DNA of 32,000 bases from positions 2,610,001 through 2,642,000 of the forward strand of contig NC_017080.1 of assembly GCF_000284115.1 (NCBI RefSeq), read 5' to 3'. Positions within the stretch are counted from its first letter, which is position 1. Each line of letters begins with the position of its first letter. The notes under the pieces are model-generated. The model ran no database searches and was not told the origin of the DNA. It was given only the letters and a program-made list of their open reading frames with translations. Below, piece after piece: positions 1 to 9,531 of this stretch. The translations under genes were made by a program, and so were the position numbers. The DNA comes from Phycisphaera mikurensis NBRC 102666. GTDB taxonomy: Bacteria > Planctomycetota > Phycisphaerae > Phycisphaerales > Phycisphaeraceae.

Positions 1-80
1 TCGCGAGGCGGCGAAGCCGCCCTGCCCCTGCGGGGCGATGCAGCCGACGGAGCGTGGGGCACGATCCGCCCGCAGCGGCG
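1..80. repeat. Dispersed ~80-bp intergenic repeat, copy 1 (left side cut by the window edge); homologous to 23191-23270
   Basis: An ungapped hand alignment of 1-80 against 23191-23270 gives 71/80 identical positions, and similarity decays after about position 100. This copy lies 3' of the minus-strand response-regulator gene, just as copy 2 lies 3' of minus-strand fusA. Confidence 0.8.
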
Positions 81-198
81 CTCAGGAGAGGGCGCACGGC
101 GTCCTCCTCGAGAGCAAGAAGGCACCCGCCGAGGAGAGGAAGCTCCGGGAGGAAGGACAGGGACGCTCGGCCGCCGCCTCCGCAAGGCGTGCCCCCCT

Positions 199-900
199 TC
201 AGCTCTGCTCGCTCTTGCGGATCCGCTCGTGGATCGCGTGCCGCGTGAGCTCGTTGCCGTTCTTGAGGCGCAGCTTCGCCTTGATCTTCTCGCGGTAGGT
301 CTCGACGGTCTTCACCGAGAGGTGCAGCGTGGCGGCGATCTCGCGGGAGCCCATGCCGTCGCCGATCATCTCGAAGACCTCCAGCTCGCGATCCGAGAGC
401 TGCTCGACCGCGGAAGGGCCCGGCTCGCCGTCGGTGCTCTTCTGCGTGGCGACCCGGGCGGCGGCGGCTTCGGAGAGGTACACCTCGCCGGCGGCCACCC
501 GCCGGACGGCGGCGACGATGTGGTCCGTCGCGAGGTCCTTGCGGAGGTAGCCCGAGGCGCCGGCACGCAGCACCCGATCGACGTAGAGGGATTCGTCGAG
601 CATCGAGCAGACGAGCATGCGGATCTTCCAGCCGTTGCCGTTGATCTGCTTGATGAGCTCGAGCCCGTGGCCGTCCCCCAGGGACAGGTCCACGAGAGCG
701 ACGTCGGGCTTGAGGCGTTCGAGCTCGCGGTGCGCCTCCGCGATGCTGGAGGCCTCGCCGACGACGTCGAGGTCGCTCTCGTCGTTGATGAGCTCCGCGA
801 GGCCGCGGCGGACGATCGGGTGGTCGTCGACGAGGACGACGCGGACGGTGCGGGCCGCGCCGGCGGGCGGGCTCTCGGGGTGGGATCGAAGCAGGGGCAT
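199..900 (-). CDS. Two-component response regulator, NarL/FixJ family (receiver + LuxR-type HTH)
   Basis: 233-aa ORF with ATG at 898-900. The receiver domain reads 'VRVVLVDDHPIVRRGL...PDVALVDLSLGDGHG...'. The C-terminal LuxR HTH reads 'LSDRELEVFEMIGDGMGSREIAATLHLSVKTVETYREKIKAKL'. It lies directly downstream of the kinase gene on the same strand. Confidence 0.9.
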   Translation of the reverse strand: MPLLRSHPESPPAGAARTVRVVLVDDHPIVRRGLAELINDESDLDVVGEASSIAEAHRELERLKPDVALVDLSLGDGHGLELIKQINGNGWKIRMLVCSMLDESLYVDRVLRAGASGYLRKDLATDHIVAAVRRVAAGEVYLSEAAAARVATQKSTDGEPGPSAVEQLSDRELEVFEMIGDGMGSREIAATLHLSVKTVETYREKIKAKLRLKNGNELTRHAIHERIRKSEQS

Positions 901-991
901 GGGCGGGGGTCGGGGGGGGTTCGGAAGCTGAGGGGCGGGGGCGGATCTTGACGTCGATCCAAGCAGGGGGAAGAAGCCGGGCGGAGGGAAC

Positions 992-2533
992 TCAGCGGGG
1001 CACGGTGACCCGGACGCACGTGCCGCGGCCGCTGCCGGTGGGCAGCGGCGAGCCCGAGCTGCCGGGCCGGCCGATCTCCAGGCGGCCGCCGACCTCCGAA
1101 GCCCGGTAGCCGAGGATCTGCATCCCGCGGCCGGTGCTCTCGGAGTCCAGCATGCCGGAGCCCTCGCAGGACGTGCCGCAGCCGTCGTCGGTCACGCTGA
1201 GCACCAGCGCCGCGTCGTCGACCAGGAGCTCGATCTCGATGAGCTCGGCGTCGGCGTGGCGGGCGGCGTTGATCGCCGCCTCCTGCGCCATCGCGAGGAA
1301 GTGGTTGGCCGCCTCCTCCTGCAGCACGCCGACCACCGGCATGCAGCGGCTCGTGGCGGGCACGCCGTAGAAGTTCTGCACGTTCGACGCCACCTGGCCC
1401 AGCGCCACCGGCAGCTCTTCCACGGCGATCCGCTCGGGCGTCAACCCCGAGATCATCCGGCGGACCTCGGTGCTCGCCGACGCCACCACCTCGGCGATCT
1501 CGTCGAGGGCGGAGAGCTTCGGCACCTCGCCCCGCTTCACCTGGCGGCGGACCTTCTCGATGAGCATCCGCACGCCGGTGAACTGCTGGCCGATGCCGTC
1601 GTGGAGGTTGCGGCCCATCGCCTGGCGCTCCTCCACCGCCTTCTCCAGCACCGCCGCCTGCAGCGCCGACTGGCGCTGCTCGGTGATGTCGGTAACGACG
1701 GCGAGCACGCCCAGCGGCTCGCCGTCGGCGTCGTAGAGCGGAGACTTGTCGGTCCGCAGCCAGATCCGCTTGCCCGAGGGGAGGGTCTGCTTCTCCACGT
1801 ACCCGAGCTTGGCGACGCCGCTCTTGAGCACGTCCATGTCGTCGGCGTAGTAGCTCGCGGCCTCCTCCGGGAACAGCTCCTCGGTGCTGCGGCCCTCGAT
1901 CCGGTCCAGCGGCATCCCCATCAGGTCCGCCACCGCCTGGTTCACACGCAGCACGTTGTTGTGGCAGTCCTTGAAGAAGATGAGCGCCGGAACCGCGTTG
2001 AAGATCATCCGCAGCTCGTTGTAGAGCCGCTGGGTCTCGTGCTCCTGCCGCTTCCGCTGGGTGATGTTCTTGGTGTGGATCGCGACGCCGTCGCCGACCT
2101 TCACCGCCTGGAACTGGAGCCACGACGCGTGGATGCCGTCCGCCTCCGCGAAGCTGTCTTCGCGGAGCATCGGCTCGCCGCTCTCGACGACGCGGGCGTA
2201 GAGCTCGAAGTAGCCGCGTTCCCGGTTGATGGGGAGCAGCTCGCAGAGCCGCTGCCCGATGACGTCCGCGCGACGCCGCCCGATGATGTCCGCGCCGTTT
2301 TCGTTGAGCTCCGTGAAGCGGAAGTCGATGATCGTGCCCTCCGCGTCGCGGACGGCGTCGAGCAGATAGAAGGCGTCGAGCATGCCCCCCGCCGCGGCGT
2401 GGAACCGGTCCTCGGATCGGCGCAGCCGGGCACGGAGCCCCTCGACCGTGTCGGCGGGCTCGGCGGGTTCGGGTGGTGTGGGCGGCGAAGAGTCCAAGGC
2501 TTTCTGAAGGTTGCGGGTGCTGATTATCGGCAA
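992..2533 (-). CDS. Soluble sensor histidine kinase, PAS-PAS-HisKA_3-HATPase_c (start codon uncertain)
   Basis: The long ORF 992-3019 overlaps the guaA start and the DUF2892 gene, so the true start must be internal. The PAS N-cap '[21 protein letters not shown]' precedes the first ATG (2381-2383), so a non-ATG start is required. Candidates are TTG 2531-2533 (used here) or GTG 2612-2614, which would overlap the DUF2892 stop by 7 nt. There are two PAS-like modules, the H-box '[13 protein letters not shown]' typical of HisKA_3, and the ATPase boxes 'DDGCG' and '[20 protein letters not shown]'. No hydrophobic TM segment is present. Confidence 0.8.
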   Translation of the reverse strand: MPIISTRNLQKALDSSPPTPPEPAEPADTVEGLRARLRRSEDRFHAAAGGMLDAFYLLDAVRDAEGTIIDFRFTELNENGADIIGRRRADVIGQRLCELLPINRERGYFELYARVVESGEPMLREDSFAEADGIHASWLQFQAVKVGDGVAIHTKNITQRKRQEHETQRLYNELRMIFNAVPALIFFKDCHNNVLRVNQAVADLMGMPLDRIEGRSTEELFPEEAASYYADDMDVLKSGVAKLGYVEKQTLPSGKRIWLRTDKSPLYDADGEPLGVLAVVTDITEQRQSALQAAVLEKAVEERQAMGRNLHDGIGQQFTGVRMLIEKVRRQVKRGEVPKLSALDEIAEVVASASTEVRRMISGLTPERIAVEELPVALGQVASNVQNFYGVPATSRCMPVVGVLQEEAANHFLAMAQEAAINAARHADAELIEIELLVDDAALVLSVTDDGCGTSCEGSGMLDSESTGRGMQILGYRASEVGGRLEIGRPGSSGSPLPTGSGRGTCVRVTVPR

Positions 2534-2607
2534 CCCGTCGCCCCGCCGAGCCGAAAAGGGCCGGTCTGAGAACAGATTCAGGGGTCCCCCGATCTCGCCG
2601 CCGCCCG

Positions 2608-2835
2608 CTACCACGGCGTGCTGAACCCCATCGCCCGCACGGCGCACCAGCCGATCGCGCCCTCGACCACGCAGAACGCGCCGCCCGCCGCCGCGCCCGC
2701 CACCGCGATCCACCACGCGGGGTGATCCAGCACGCCCGCCAGGACCAGCATCGCGAGCACCACCGCCGCCGCGAGCGTGGCGATGCCGATGGCCAGCCGC
2801 CGCGTGCGGCCCGTTCTGTCGATGTTGCAGGGCAT
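2608..2835 (-). CDS. Small two-TM membrane protein, DUF2892/YgaP-like
   Basis: These 75 codons are the last 75 of the otherwise spurious 689-aa ORF 2608-4677. ATG is at 2833-2835 and TAG at 2608-2610. '[17 protein letters not shown]...' fits the N-terminal C-N-(V/I)-x-x-x-D-R-x-x-R signature. Two hydrophobic helices and a 'GWC' near the C-terminus also fit what I associate with DUF2892. Confidence 0.6.
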   Translation of the reverse strand: MPCNIDRTGRTRRLAIGIATLAAAVVLAMLVLAGVLDHPAWWIAVAGAAAGGAFCVVEGAIGWCAVRAMGFSTPW

Positions 2836-2991
2836 GACAGAGGTTACGCGCTGGCTCAGCCGGCCGGAGCGGGGGCCAGCGCCACAGAAGTTGCAGGTGG
2901 AGGGGGACCCGTTTGCGCATCCCGGGCGCGGCCGCGAGCGGGTCGGCCGGTGCATTACGCTCCCCCGCCGCACGCCGCGGGGTTGCCGCCC

Positions 2992-4626
2992 ATGAGCACC
3001 ACGCCCCCCGCCCCCGCATTCGACGTCACCGCCGACCTGCCGCCCGGCGTCGTCGGGCAGGCCGTGCCGATCCTGGATTTCGGCAGCCAGTACGTGCAGC
3101 TGATCGCGCGGCGCGTGCGTGAGCAGGGCGTGTACGCCGTCCTCGTCCCGCCGGACCTGCCCGTGGAGGAGATCGACCGGCTCGATCCCCGCGGGATCAT
3201 CCTCTCCGGCGGCCCGTCCTCGGTTCACGAGGAAGGTTCGCCGCGGCCGGATCCGCGGCTGCTCGACCACTACCTCGGCCGAGGCGTGCCGGTGCTGGGC
3301 ATCTGCTACGGGATGCAGGTCGGCTGCCAGCTGCTCGGGGCCGAGGTGCAACCCGCCGCGTCGCGCGAGTACGGGCGCGTGAAGCTCACCAGCGGCGTGC
3401 ACGAGGACGCCTTCCTCAAGGGCATCCCCTGCGAGACCACCGCCTGGATGTCCCACGGCGACCAGGTGAACACGCTGCCCGGCGCGGACTTCGTGCCGCT
3501 GGCGTCCACGCCGACCTGCCCGTACGCGGCCGTCCGCCACCGCACCCGGCCGTTCTTCGGCGTGCAGTTCCACCCCGAGGTGACGCACACGCCGCACGGG
3601 AAGGACCTGCTCGCCAACTTCCTCTTCGACGCCTGCGGCTGCGACGGCAGCTGGACGATGGCCGACTTCGTCGAGGGCGAGAGCGAGCGGATCCGGCGGA
3701 CGGTCGGCGAGGACCGCGTGATCCTCGGGCTGTCCGGGGGCGTGGACTCCTCGGTGGTCGCGGCCCTGCTCGCGAAGTCGATCGGCCGGAGGTGCACCTG
3801 CATCTTCGTCGACAACGGCCTCCTGCGGACCGGGGAGCGGCAGCTGGTCGAGCACACCTTCCGCGGGCACTTCGACGTGGACCTCCGCGTGGTGGACGCG
3901 AGCGAAGCCTTCCTCGCCGACCTCGCGGGCGTGACCGATCCGCAGGAGAAACGCCGAAGGATCGGCTCCCGCTTCATCGACGTCTTCAAGGCCTCCGCCG
4001 ACGCCATCGCCGGCGAGGGCGGCGGCGGCCCCGTGAAGTTCCTCGCCCAGGGCACGCTCTACCCCGACGTCATCGAGAGCGGCCACGGCCACACCGGCGC
4101 CGCCGCCAACATCAAGCTGCACCACAACGTCGGCGGCCTGCCCGAGCGGCTGGGCTTCTCGCTGCTCGAGCCGCTGCGGAACCTCTTCAAGGACGAGGTC
4201 CGCAAGCTCGGCGAGGTGCTCGGCCTGCCCGAGGCGATGGTCTGGCGCCACCCCTTCCCGGGCCCGGGCCTCGCGGTGCGGATCCTCGGCGAGGTGGAGC
4301 CGAGTGGCCTGGCGATGATCCGCCGGTCCGACGAGATCCTCCTCGAGGAGCTCGTCGCCGCGAACCTGTACCGCAAGACCGCGCAGGTGTTCGCGGTGTT
4401 GCTGCCGGTGAAGTCCGTGGGCGTCATGGGCGACGGCCGCACGCACGAGCAGGTCGTTGCGATCCGGGCCGTCGAGAGCCAGGACTTCATGACCGCGGAC
4501 TGGGCCCGCCTCCCCTACGAGGTGCTCGCGACGGTGAGCAACCGCATCATCAACGAGGTCCGCGGCGTGAACCGCGTCGTCTACGACATCAGCTCCAAGC
4601 CGCCGGCGACCATCGAGTGGGAGTGA
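2992..4626 (+). CDS. guaA: GMP synthase (glutamine-hydrolysing)
   Basis: ATG at 2992, TGA at 4624-4626, 544 aa. The GATase domain reads '[18 protein letters not shown]...GICYGMQ...FGVQFHPEV'. The PP-loop is '[10 protein letters not shown]'. The C-terminal end '[12 protein letters not shown]' is typical of GuaA. Confidence 0.96.
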   Translation: MSTTPPAPAFDVTADLPPGVVGQAVPILDFGSQYVQLIARRVREQGVYAVLVPPDLPVEEIDRLDPRGIILSGGPSSVHEEGSPRPDPRLLDHYLGRGVPVLGICYGMQVGCQLLGAEVQPAASREYGRVKLTSGVHEDAFLKGIPCETTAWMSHGDQVNTLPGADFVPLASTPTCPYAAVRHRTRPFFGVQFHPEVTHTPHGKDLLANFLFDACGCDGSWTMADFVEGESERIRRTVGEDRVILGLSGGVDSSVVAALLAKSIGRRCTCIFVDNGLLRTGERQLVEHTFRGHFDVDLRVVDASEAFLADLAGVTDPQEKRRRIGSRFIDVFKASADAIAGEGGGGPVKFLAQGTLYPDVIESGHGHTGAAANIKLHHNVGGLPERLGFSLLEPLRNLFKDEVRKLGEVLGLPEAMVWRHPFPGPGLAVRILGEVEPSGLAMIRRSDEILLEELVAANLYRKTAQVFAVLLPVKSVGVMGDGRTHEQVVAIRAVESQDFMTADWARLPYEVLATVSNRIINEVRGVNRVVYDISSKPPATIEWE

Positions 4627-4628
4627 GC

Positions 4629-5040
4629 GGAAGCGGGGAAGCGACGCTTGGTGTACGCGCGTGCGGAGGGGCTGCATGGACCGCGAACGGCGAGGCCGCG
4701 GGGTGGGCCGGATTGGATGAGCGAAGAAGCGAAGAAGCGAAGAAGCGAGGAAGCGAAGAAGTCAGACAGGAACAGGAAGCGGGGAAGCGACGTTTGGTGC
4801 ACGCGCGTGCGCAGAGGCTGCATGGACCGCGAAGGACGAGGCCGCGGGTCGGGCCGGGCTGGGTGAGCGAGGAAGCGAAGAAGCGAGGAAGCGAAGAAGT
4901 CGGACAGGAACAGGAGGCGGGGAAGCGACGTTTGGTGCACGCGCGTGCGCAGAGGCTGCATGGACCGCGAAGGTCGAGGCCGCGGGTCGGGCCGGGCTGG
5001 GTGAGCGAGGAAGCGAAGAAGTCAGGCAAGAGCAGGAACG
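4629..5040 (+). repeat. Three head-to-tail copies of a ~140-bp unit (4629-4774, 4775-4912, 4913-~5040), each ending in a short run of CGARGAAG octamers
   Basis: By hand alignment, units 2 and 3 differ at 2 of their first 109 nt, and unit 1 differs at roughly a dozen positions. The periods are 146 and 138 bp, a difference of exactly one octamer. Each unit contains the 12-bp palindrome GCACGCGCGTGC (GTACGCGCGTGC in unit 1) and a GACCGCG...CGCGGGTC inverted repeat. The array starts 2 bp after the guaA stop. Confidence 0.9.
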
Positions 5041-5068
5041 GCTGCTGACTTTCTGACTTCTTCGCTTC
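5010..5068. terminator. Candidate bidirectional terminator hairpin between convergent guaA and hisB
   Basis: There is a perfect 16-bp inverted repeat, GAAGCGAAGAAGTCAG (5010-5025) and CTGACTTCTTCGCTTC (5053-5068), with a 27-nt loop. Flanking octamer tracts of opposite polarity could extend the stem imperfectly. No classical U-tract is present. Confidence 0.35.
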
Positions 5069-5200
5069 TTCGCTTCCCCGCTTCTTCGCTTCTCCGCTTC
5101 CCCGCTTCCCCGCTTCCCCGCTTCTTCGCTTCTTCGCTTCCCCGCTTCCCCGCTTCCCCGCTTCTTCGCTTCCCCGCTTCTTCGCTTCCCCGCTTCCCCT
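5057..5200. repeat. 18 tandem octamers CTTCYYCG (variants CTTCTTCG and CTTCCCCG), a pyrimidine-rich microsatellite
   Basis: Counted unit by unit from 5057. The order is T,T,C,T,(CTTCTCCG),C,C,C,T,T,C,C,C,T,C,T,C,(CTTCCCCT). The last unit shares nt 5200 with the hisB stop codon (tca, 5200-5202). This array is the reverse complement of the CGAAGAAG/CGGGGAAG octamers in 4629-5040 and 27587-27626. Confidence 0.95.
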
Positions 5201-5823
5201 CAGATCGACCCCTTCGTGCTCATGATCTCGTCGCTCGTCACCGCCACCGCGGCCTTGAGCGCGCGGCCGAAGGCTTTGAAGACGGCCTCGGCGAGGTGGT
5301 GGTTGTTGGTGCCCCAGGGGCACTCGACGTGCAGGTTCATGCGCGCGTTCTGGCTGACGGCGACGAAGAACTCCTCGACGAGCTGGACGTCGAAGACGCC
5401 GATCCGCTCGCCGGCGATGGCGGGGTGGTCGACGCCGTAGGAGGTCCAGGGCACGCGGAAGACCAGCGCCGCCCGGCCGGAGAGGTCGAGGGCCACCCGG
5501 GCGAGGGACTCGTCCATCGGCACGTCGGCGCTGCCGTAGCGCTCGATGCCGCGCTTGTCGCCGAGGGCCTCGGCCAGGGCCTGCCCCAGGGCGATGCCGA
5601 CGTCCTCGACGCTGTGGTGGTCGTCGATGTGGGTGTCGCCGGTGCAGGCCGCGGCGAGGCGGAAGCGGCCGTGGCGGCCGACGTGGTGCAGCATGTGGTC
5701 GAAGAAGCCGACGCCGGTGCGGATCTCGGCGGGGTCGGTGCGGGCGCCCGCCGACAGGTCGACGGCCACGCGGATGTCGGTCTCTTGGGTCCGGCGGACC
5801 ACCTCGGCGTGTCGCGGGTTCAT
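5200..5823 (-). CDS. hisB: Imidazoleglycerol-phosphate dehydratase
   Basis: 207 aa with ATG at 5821-5823. Supporting segments are 'RRTQETDIRVAVDL', 'GFFDHMLHHVGRHG', 'DDHHSVEDVGIALGQAL' and 'NNHHLAEAVFKAFGRAL', the hallmark IGPD metal-binding His motifs. Confidence 0.96.
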   Translation of the reverse strand: MNPRHAEVVRRTQETDIRVAVDLSAGARTDPAEIRTGVGFFDHMLHHVGRHGRFRLAAACTGDTHIDDHHSVEDVGIALGQALAEALGDKRGIERYGSADVPMDESLARVALDLSGRAALVFRVPWTSYGVDHPAIAGERIGVFDVQLVEEFFVAVSQNARMNLHVECPWGTNNHHLAEAVFKAFGRALKAAVAVTSDEIMSTKGSI

Positions 5824-5832
5824 GCGGAGGTT

Positions 5833-7038
5833 CTACCGCAGACCGTCGAGCACCTCGAGCAGCAGGTCGACCTGCTCGGGCGTGCCGACGGTGATCCGCA
5901 GCCGGTCGGCGAGGGCGGGCGTGTCGAAGTGCCGGATCAGCACGTCGTTGCTCTTGAGGCCCAGGTACAGCCGGCGAGCCTCGCCGGGCCCGCCGGCCAC
6001 GCGGGCGAGCACGAAGTTGCTCTGCGAATCGAGGACGCCGAAGCCGCGTTCGCGGAGGGCCGCCGTCAGCCGGGTTCGCTCGCCGCGGACCGCGGCCCAG
6101 GAAGCCTCCGCGTGCGTGCGGTCCGCGAGAGCGGCGGCCGCGGCGGCCTGGGCGTACGCGTCGAGGTTGTACGAGTCGCGGGCCTTGTCCAGCAGGGCGA
6201 TCAGCGAGGGGTGGCCGACGCCGAAGCCGACCCGCAGGCCGGCGAGGGCGTAGCCCTTGGAGAGGGATCGCAGCAGCAGGACGTCGGTCCGGGCGTCGCC
6301 GGCGGGGGCGACCAGCCCGGCCGCGTCGGCGTCGGCGAAGTCGGCGTAGGCCTCGTCCACGACGAGCAGGCCCTCGAAGGCGTCGGCGAGGCGCACGAGC
6401 CAGGCGGCTTCCTCCCGGCGTCCGGAGGGCGCGTGCGGGTTCACGACGAAGCCGAGGCGAGATCCGGTCGCGTTCCACGCCGCGGCGATGGTCTCGGGCT
6501 CGGGCGGGGCGAGCGTGTCGGGGTCGCGCGGGACCTCGGTCGCGGTCGCTCCGTGGATGCCGGCGAGCACGCCGTAGAGCGAGTAGCTGGGCGTGGTGAG
6601 CCCGATGCCGCCGGTGCCCGGGCCCGAGCCCGCCGCCATGGGCGCCGGCTCGCAGAAGGCGGTGATGAGCAGCCGCAGGAGCTCGTCGCCGCCGTTGGTG
6701 CCGATCACGCTCTTCGCCGTGAAGCCGCGGCCTGCGGGGTGATTCAACGCCGCCGCCGCCGCCGCCCGCAGCCGGTCGGAGGCCGGCGGCGGGTACAGCC
6801 GCAACGCCTCCGCGGGCAGCGCCGCCACCGCCTCCAGCGCCCGGGGCGACGGGGGGTACGGATTCTCGTTGGTGTTCAGCTTCACCACCGGCCGCAACGG
6901 GCGGGCGGTGTCCGCCCAGGTCGGCTGCTCCCCGGGCACGTACGCGTGCAGCCCCTCGATCGCGGCGCGCGCCCGCGGCCGCGGCGAGGCGTCGGCGGCG
7001 GCGGCGGGTTCGGCGGGCGGAGCGGAGGACGACGGCAC
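5833..7038 (-). CDS. hisC: Histidinol-phosphate aminotransferase
   Basis: 401 aa with a GTG start at 7036-7038. Supporting segments are 'KLNTNENPYPPSP', 'YPPPASDRLR' and 'RSLSKGYALAGLRVGF' (PLP-Lys motif). The gap to hisB is 9 bp, so this is a hisC-hisB operon. Confidence 0.92.
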   Translation of the reverse strand: MPSSSAPPAEPAAAADASPRPRARAAIEGLHAYVPGEQPTWADTARPLRPVVKLNTNENPYPPSPRALEAVAALPAEALRLYPPPASDRLRAAAAAALNHPAGRGFTAKSVIGTNGGDELLRLLITAFCEPAPMAAGSGPGTGGIGLTTPSYSLYGVLAGIHGATATEVPRDPDTLAPPEPETIAAAWNATGSRLGFVVNPHAPSGRREEAAWLVRLADAFEGLLVVDEAYADFADADAAGLVAPAGDARTDVLLLRSLSKGYALAGLRVGFGVGHPSLIALLDKARDSYNLDAYAQAAAAAALADRTHAEASWAAVRGERTRLTAALRERGFGVLDSQSNFVLARVAGGPGEARRLYLGLKSNDVLIRHFDTPALADRLRITVGTPEQVDLLLEVLDGLR

Positions 7039-7235
7039 GCCGATACGTTAAAGAGTCGGCTCCAGCCGCCCGGGCCCGGTGCCGGCCGGCCGCGGCGCCG
7101 GGGAGCCCCGGGCCGCGGTCCGCAAGGCATCCCGGGAGCCGCTGAAGCAGCGCGGCCACGCCCCGCCCGCGGCGGGGGCTTCGGCCCCGCGGGAGCCCGC
7201 CGCGACCAACCTCGAAACCCGCGAAGCGGAGCAGC

Positions 7236-8411
7236 TTGCCCAACCACATCCCCCTCTCCCAGCCCGACCTCGGCGACGCCGAGATCTCCGCCGTGGTCGA
7301 CGTGCTGCGGAGCGGCCGGCTCTCGATCGGCCCGCAGCAAGAAGCCTTCGAGCACGCGGTCGCCCGGCGCAGCGGCCGCATGCACGGCGTCGCCGTCAAC
7401 TCCGGCACCGCCGGGCTGCACCTCGCGCTGCTGGCCCTGGGCATCGGTCCCGGCGACGAGGTCATCACCACGCCCTTCTCGTTCGTTGCCTCGGCCAACG
7501 TGATCCTGATGGTCGGCGCGACGCCGGTCTTCGTCGACGTCTGCCCGCGCTCGCTGAACCTCGAGCCCGCCGGCGTCGAGGCGGCGGTGACCGAGAGGAC
7601 CCGGGCCATCCTCGCGGTCGAGGTCTTCGGCAACACCACGCACATGGCCGCGCTCGAGGCCGTCGCCCGGAAGCACGAGATCCCGCTGGTGGAGGACTGC
7701 TGCGAGGCGTTGGGCGGCCGCGACGCCACCGGCCGCGACGCCGGCGGGTTCGGCCGCGTCGGCGTCTACGGCTTCTACCCCAACAAGCAGGTGACCACCG
7801 GCGAGGGCGGGATGATCGTCACCGACGACGACCAGCTCGCCGACCTCTGCCGCAGCCTGCGCAACCAGGGCCGGGCCGTGAACGCCCACTCCGGCCTCGC
7901 CGGCCGCATCGGCTCGTGGCTCACCCACGAGCGGCTGGGCTTCAACTGCCGGCTCTCGGAGATCGCCGCCGCCCTGGGCGTCGTGCAGATGCAGCGGCTC
8001 GACGAGATGCTCGAGAAGCGTCGCCGCGTCGCCGGCTGGTACACGCAGCACCTGATGGACGCGCCCGAGCTGGTGCTGCCCCAGCCCGAGCCCGGCAGCG
8101 AGGGCCAGCACTCCTGGTTCGTCTACGTCGTGCGGCTGTCCAGCGGCTTCGGGCCCGCCGAGCGCGACGCCGTGATCGACGGCCTCCGCAAGCACGACAT
8201 CGGCGCGAGCAACTACTTCCCCTGCATCCATCTGCAGCCCTTCTACCGGGAGGTGCTCGGCGACCTCTCGGGGCGGTTCCCCGTGGCCGAGCGGGCGAGC
8301 GGCAAGACGATCGCGCTGCCCTTCTTCCCCGACCTCGACGAGACCCGGGTCGAGCTGGTCTGCCGCCGCCTCCGCGACCTGATCGCCGCCGAGGGCTTGC
8401 GACGCGCCTGA
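7236..8411 (+). CDS. DegT/DnrJ/EryC1/StrS-family sugar aminotransferase (PLP-dependent)
   Basis: 391 aa with a TTG start at 7236. Supporting segments are 'IPLSQPDLGDAEISAVVDVLRSGRLSIGP', 'AVNSGTAGLHLAL' and 'FYPNKQVTTGEGGMIVT' (PLP lysine motif). Confidence 0.9.
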   Translation: MPNHIPLSQPDLGDAEISAVVDVLRSGRLSIGPQQEAFEHAVARRSGRMHGVAVNSGTAGLHLALLALGIGPGDEVITTPFSFVASANVILMVGATPVFVDVCPRSLNLEPAGVEAAVTERTRAILAVEVFGNTTHMAALEAVARKHEIPLVEDCCEALGGRDATGRDAGGFGRVGVYGFYPNKQVTTGEGGMIVTDDDQLADLCRSLRNQGRAVNAHSGLAGRIGSWLTHERLGFNCRLSEIAAALGVVQMQRLDEMLEKRRRVAGWYTQHLMDAPELVLPQPEPGSEGQHSWFVYVVRLSSGFGPAERDAVIDGLRKHDIGASNYFPCIHLQPFYREVLGDLSGRFPVAERASGKTIALPFFPDLDETRVELVCRRLRDLIAAEGLRRA

Positions 8412-8517
8412 GCCGCGGCCGCGGACCGTGCCGCTTGCGGGGCCGGCGGCCCGCCGGTCCGCGGCTCCGCCGGCTCGCTTTTCAGACACGATCGCCCCCG
8501 GGACCGAAGGAGGGGGG

Positions 8518-9489
8518 ATGAAGAACCTTTCCGGTCGCCCTCTCCCGTCCCCTCCCTCCCTCGCCCTGCTGATCGCCGCCGGCCTCGCCCCCGCGGCCGC
8601 CGCGAACGCTCAGGTCGAACTCGCCAACGGCGACACCCTCGACGCGGCCGTCGTGCCCACCGACGGCGTCGACGAGGAAGGCAACCCGGTGGTCACGCTC
8701 GACCACCCCTCGCTGGGCCTGATCACCGTGCCGGCCTCTGCCGTCGCACCCGAAGACCGCGGCGTGAGCGGGGCCTCCGGAACCGCCGCCGAGGCGGCGA
8801 ACGCGATGACGGAGGTCATCGACTCGGTGCTCTTCCCGGGCTGGGACAAGACGCTGAGCGCCGGCTTCAACGGCCGCACCGGCAACACCGAGACGCTGAG
8901 CTTCTACGGCGCCTTCCGCACCGGGATCGAGGACGAGCGCCGCCGCTGGGACGTGAAGGCCGACTACTTCCGCGCCACCGAGGACGGCGAGGCGACCGAG
9001 AGCAACCTCATCTTCCGCGCCGACCGCGACTGGCTCGTCCCCGGCGAGGACTACTTCTACTTCGCCCGCGGCACCGCCGAGTACGACCAGTTCGAGGCTT
9101 GGGAGCAGCGGCTGGGCCTGTACGGCGGCGTCGGCTACCAGTTCCTCGACGACGACCGGCACAGCCTGCTCGGCCGCGTGGGCGTGGGTGCGATCTACGA
9201 GTTCGGCGGCAACGAGGACTTCACGGTCGAGGGGCTGATCGGGATCGAGTACGCCTACCAGATCACCGAGAACCAGAGCATCGAGCTGCGGAACACCACC
9301 TACCCCGCGCTGGATCCGTTCTTCGCGGAGTTCCGCAACGTCACGGAGCTGAACTACAAGGTGCAGATTGCCGCCGGGGATGGGCTCTCGCTGAAGCTCG
9401 GCGTCTACAACGAGTACGAGTCGGAGGTGGACGACGGCCTCGACAACAACGACTTCAAGTACTTCGGTGCCCTGGTCTACGACTTCTGA
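8518..9489 (+). CDS. Secreted outer-membrane beta-barrel-like protein (DUF481/YdiY-like)
   Basis: ATG at 8518 is preceded by a strong purine-rich RBS (GAAGGAGGGGGG). The signal peptide is 'LALLIAAGLAPAAAANA/QVE'. The body shows an alternating beta-strand pattern with 'GFNGRTGNTETLSF...', and the protein ends in an aromatic '...LVYDF'. The family call is from pattern memory only. Confidence 0.55.
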   Translation: MKNLSGRPLPSPPSLALLIAAGLAPAAAANAQVELANGDTLDAAVVPTDGVDEEGNPVVTLDHPSLGLITVPASAVAPEDRGVSGASGTAAEAANAMTEVIDSVLFPGWDKTLSAGFNGRTGNTETLSFYGAFRTGIEDERRRWDVKADYFRATEDGEATESNLIFRADRDWLVPGEDYFYFARGTAEYDQFEAWEQRLGLYGGVGYQFLDDDRHSLLGRVGVGAIYEFGGNEDFTVEGLIGIEYAYQITENQSIELRNTTYPALDPFFAEFRNVTELNYKVQIAAGDGLSLKLGVYNEYESEVDDGLDNNDFKYFGALVYDF

Positions 9490-9531
9490 CCCGCGGCGAC
9501 GCCGCCGCCGGACCGGCAGCGCCAAGGCGGC

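Noticed and set aside
38-298. Conserved small peptide 'MQPT(E/K)RGAR...' starting inside both copies of the 80-bp repeat (38.. and 23228..)
   Set aside because: Beyond about 14 codons the two reading frames diverge completely. One runs antisense into the response-regulator gene and the other antisense into fusA. Neither has an RBS. The conservation is explained by the DNA repeat itself.
2608-4677. 689-aa minus-strand ORF antisense to guaA
   Set aside because: Only its last 75 codons (2608-2835) look like a real gene, the DUF2892-type membrane protein. The remainder is antisense to guaA and has no features.
4629-5040. Homology between the ~140-bp tandem units and the 80-bp dispersed repeat (1-80 / 23191-23270)
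   Set aside because: I could align only short strings (GGCTGCAT/ATGCAGCC and CGCAGAGGC). That is too little to claim a common family without a computed alignment.
4629-5200. Possible CRISPR array
   Set aside because: The units are contiguous and repeated in their entirety, so there are no unique spacers between constant repeats. The unit length of ~140 bp and the 8-bp microsatellite do not fit CRISPR geometry. No cas genes are present in the window.
4648-5200. Glu/Lys-rich or Phe/Ala/Ser-rich peptides ('EEAKKRGSEEAKK', '[13 protein letters not shown]') encoded across the octamer tracts
   Set aside because: An 8-bp period rotates the reading frame at every unit, so the tracts cannot encode a stable peptide repeat. 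The ORFs carrying them are the spurious giant ORFs.
4589-7729. 1046-aa minus-strand ORF, plus the similar giant ORFs 5296-7503(+), 6882-8489(-) and 7079-8521(+)
   Set aside because: Their translations are Arg/Pro/Gly/Ala low-complexity strings with no recognisable motif. They overlap hisB, hisC and the DegT gene, which have unmistakable homology in other frames. Long stop-free off-frames like these are expected in very GC-rich DNA.
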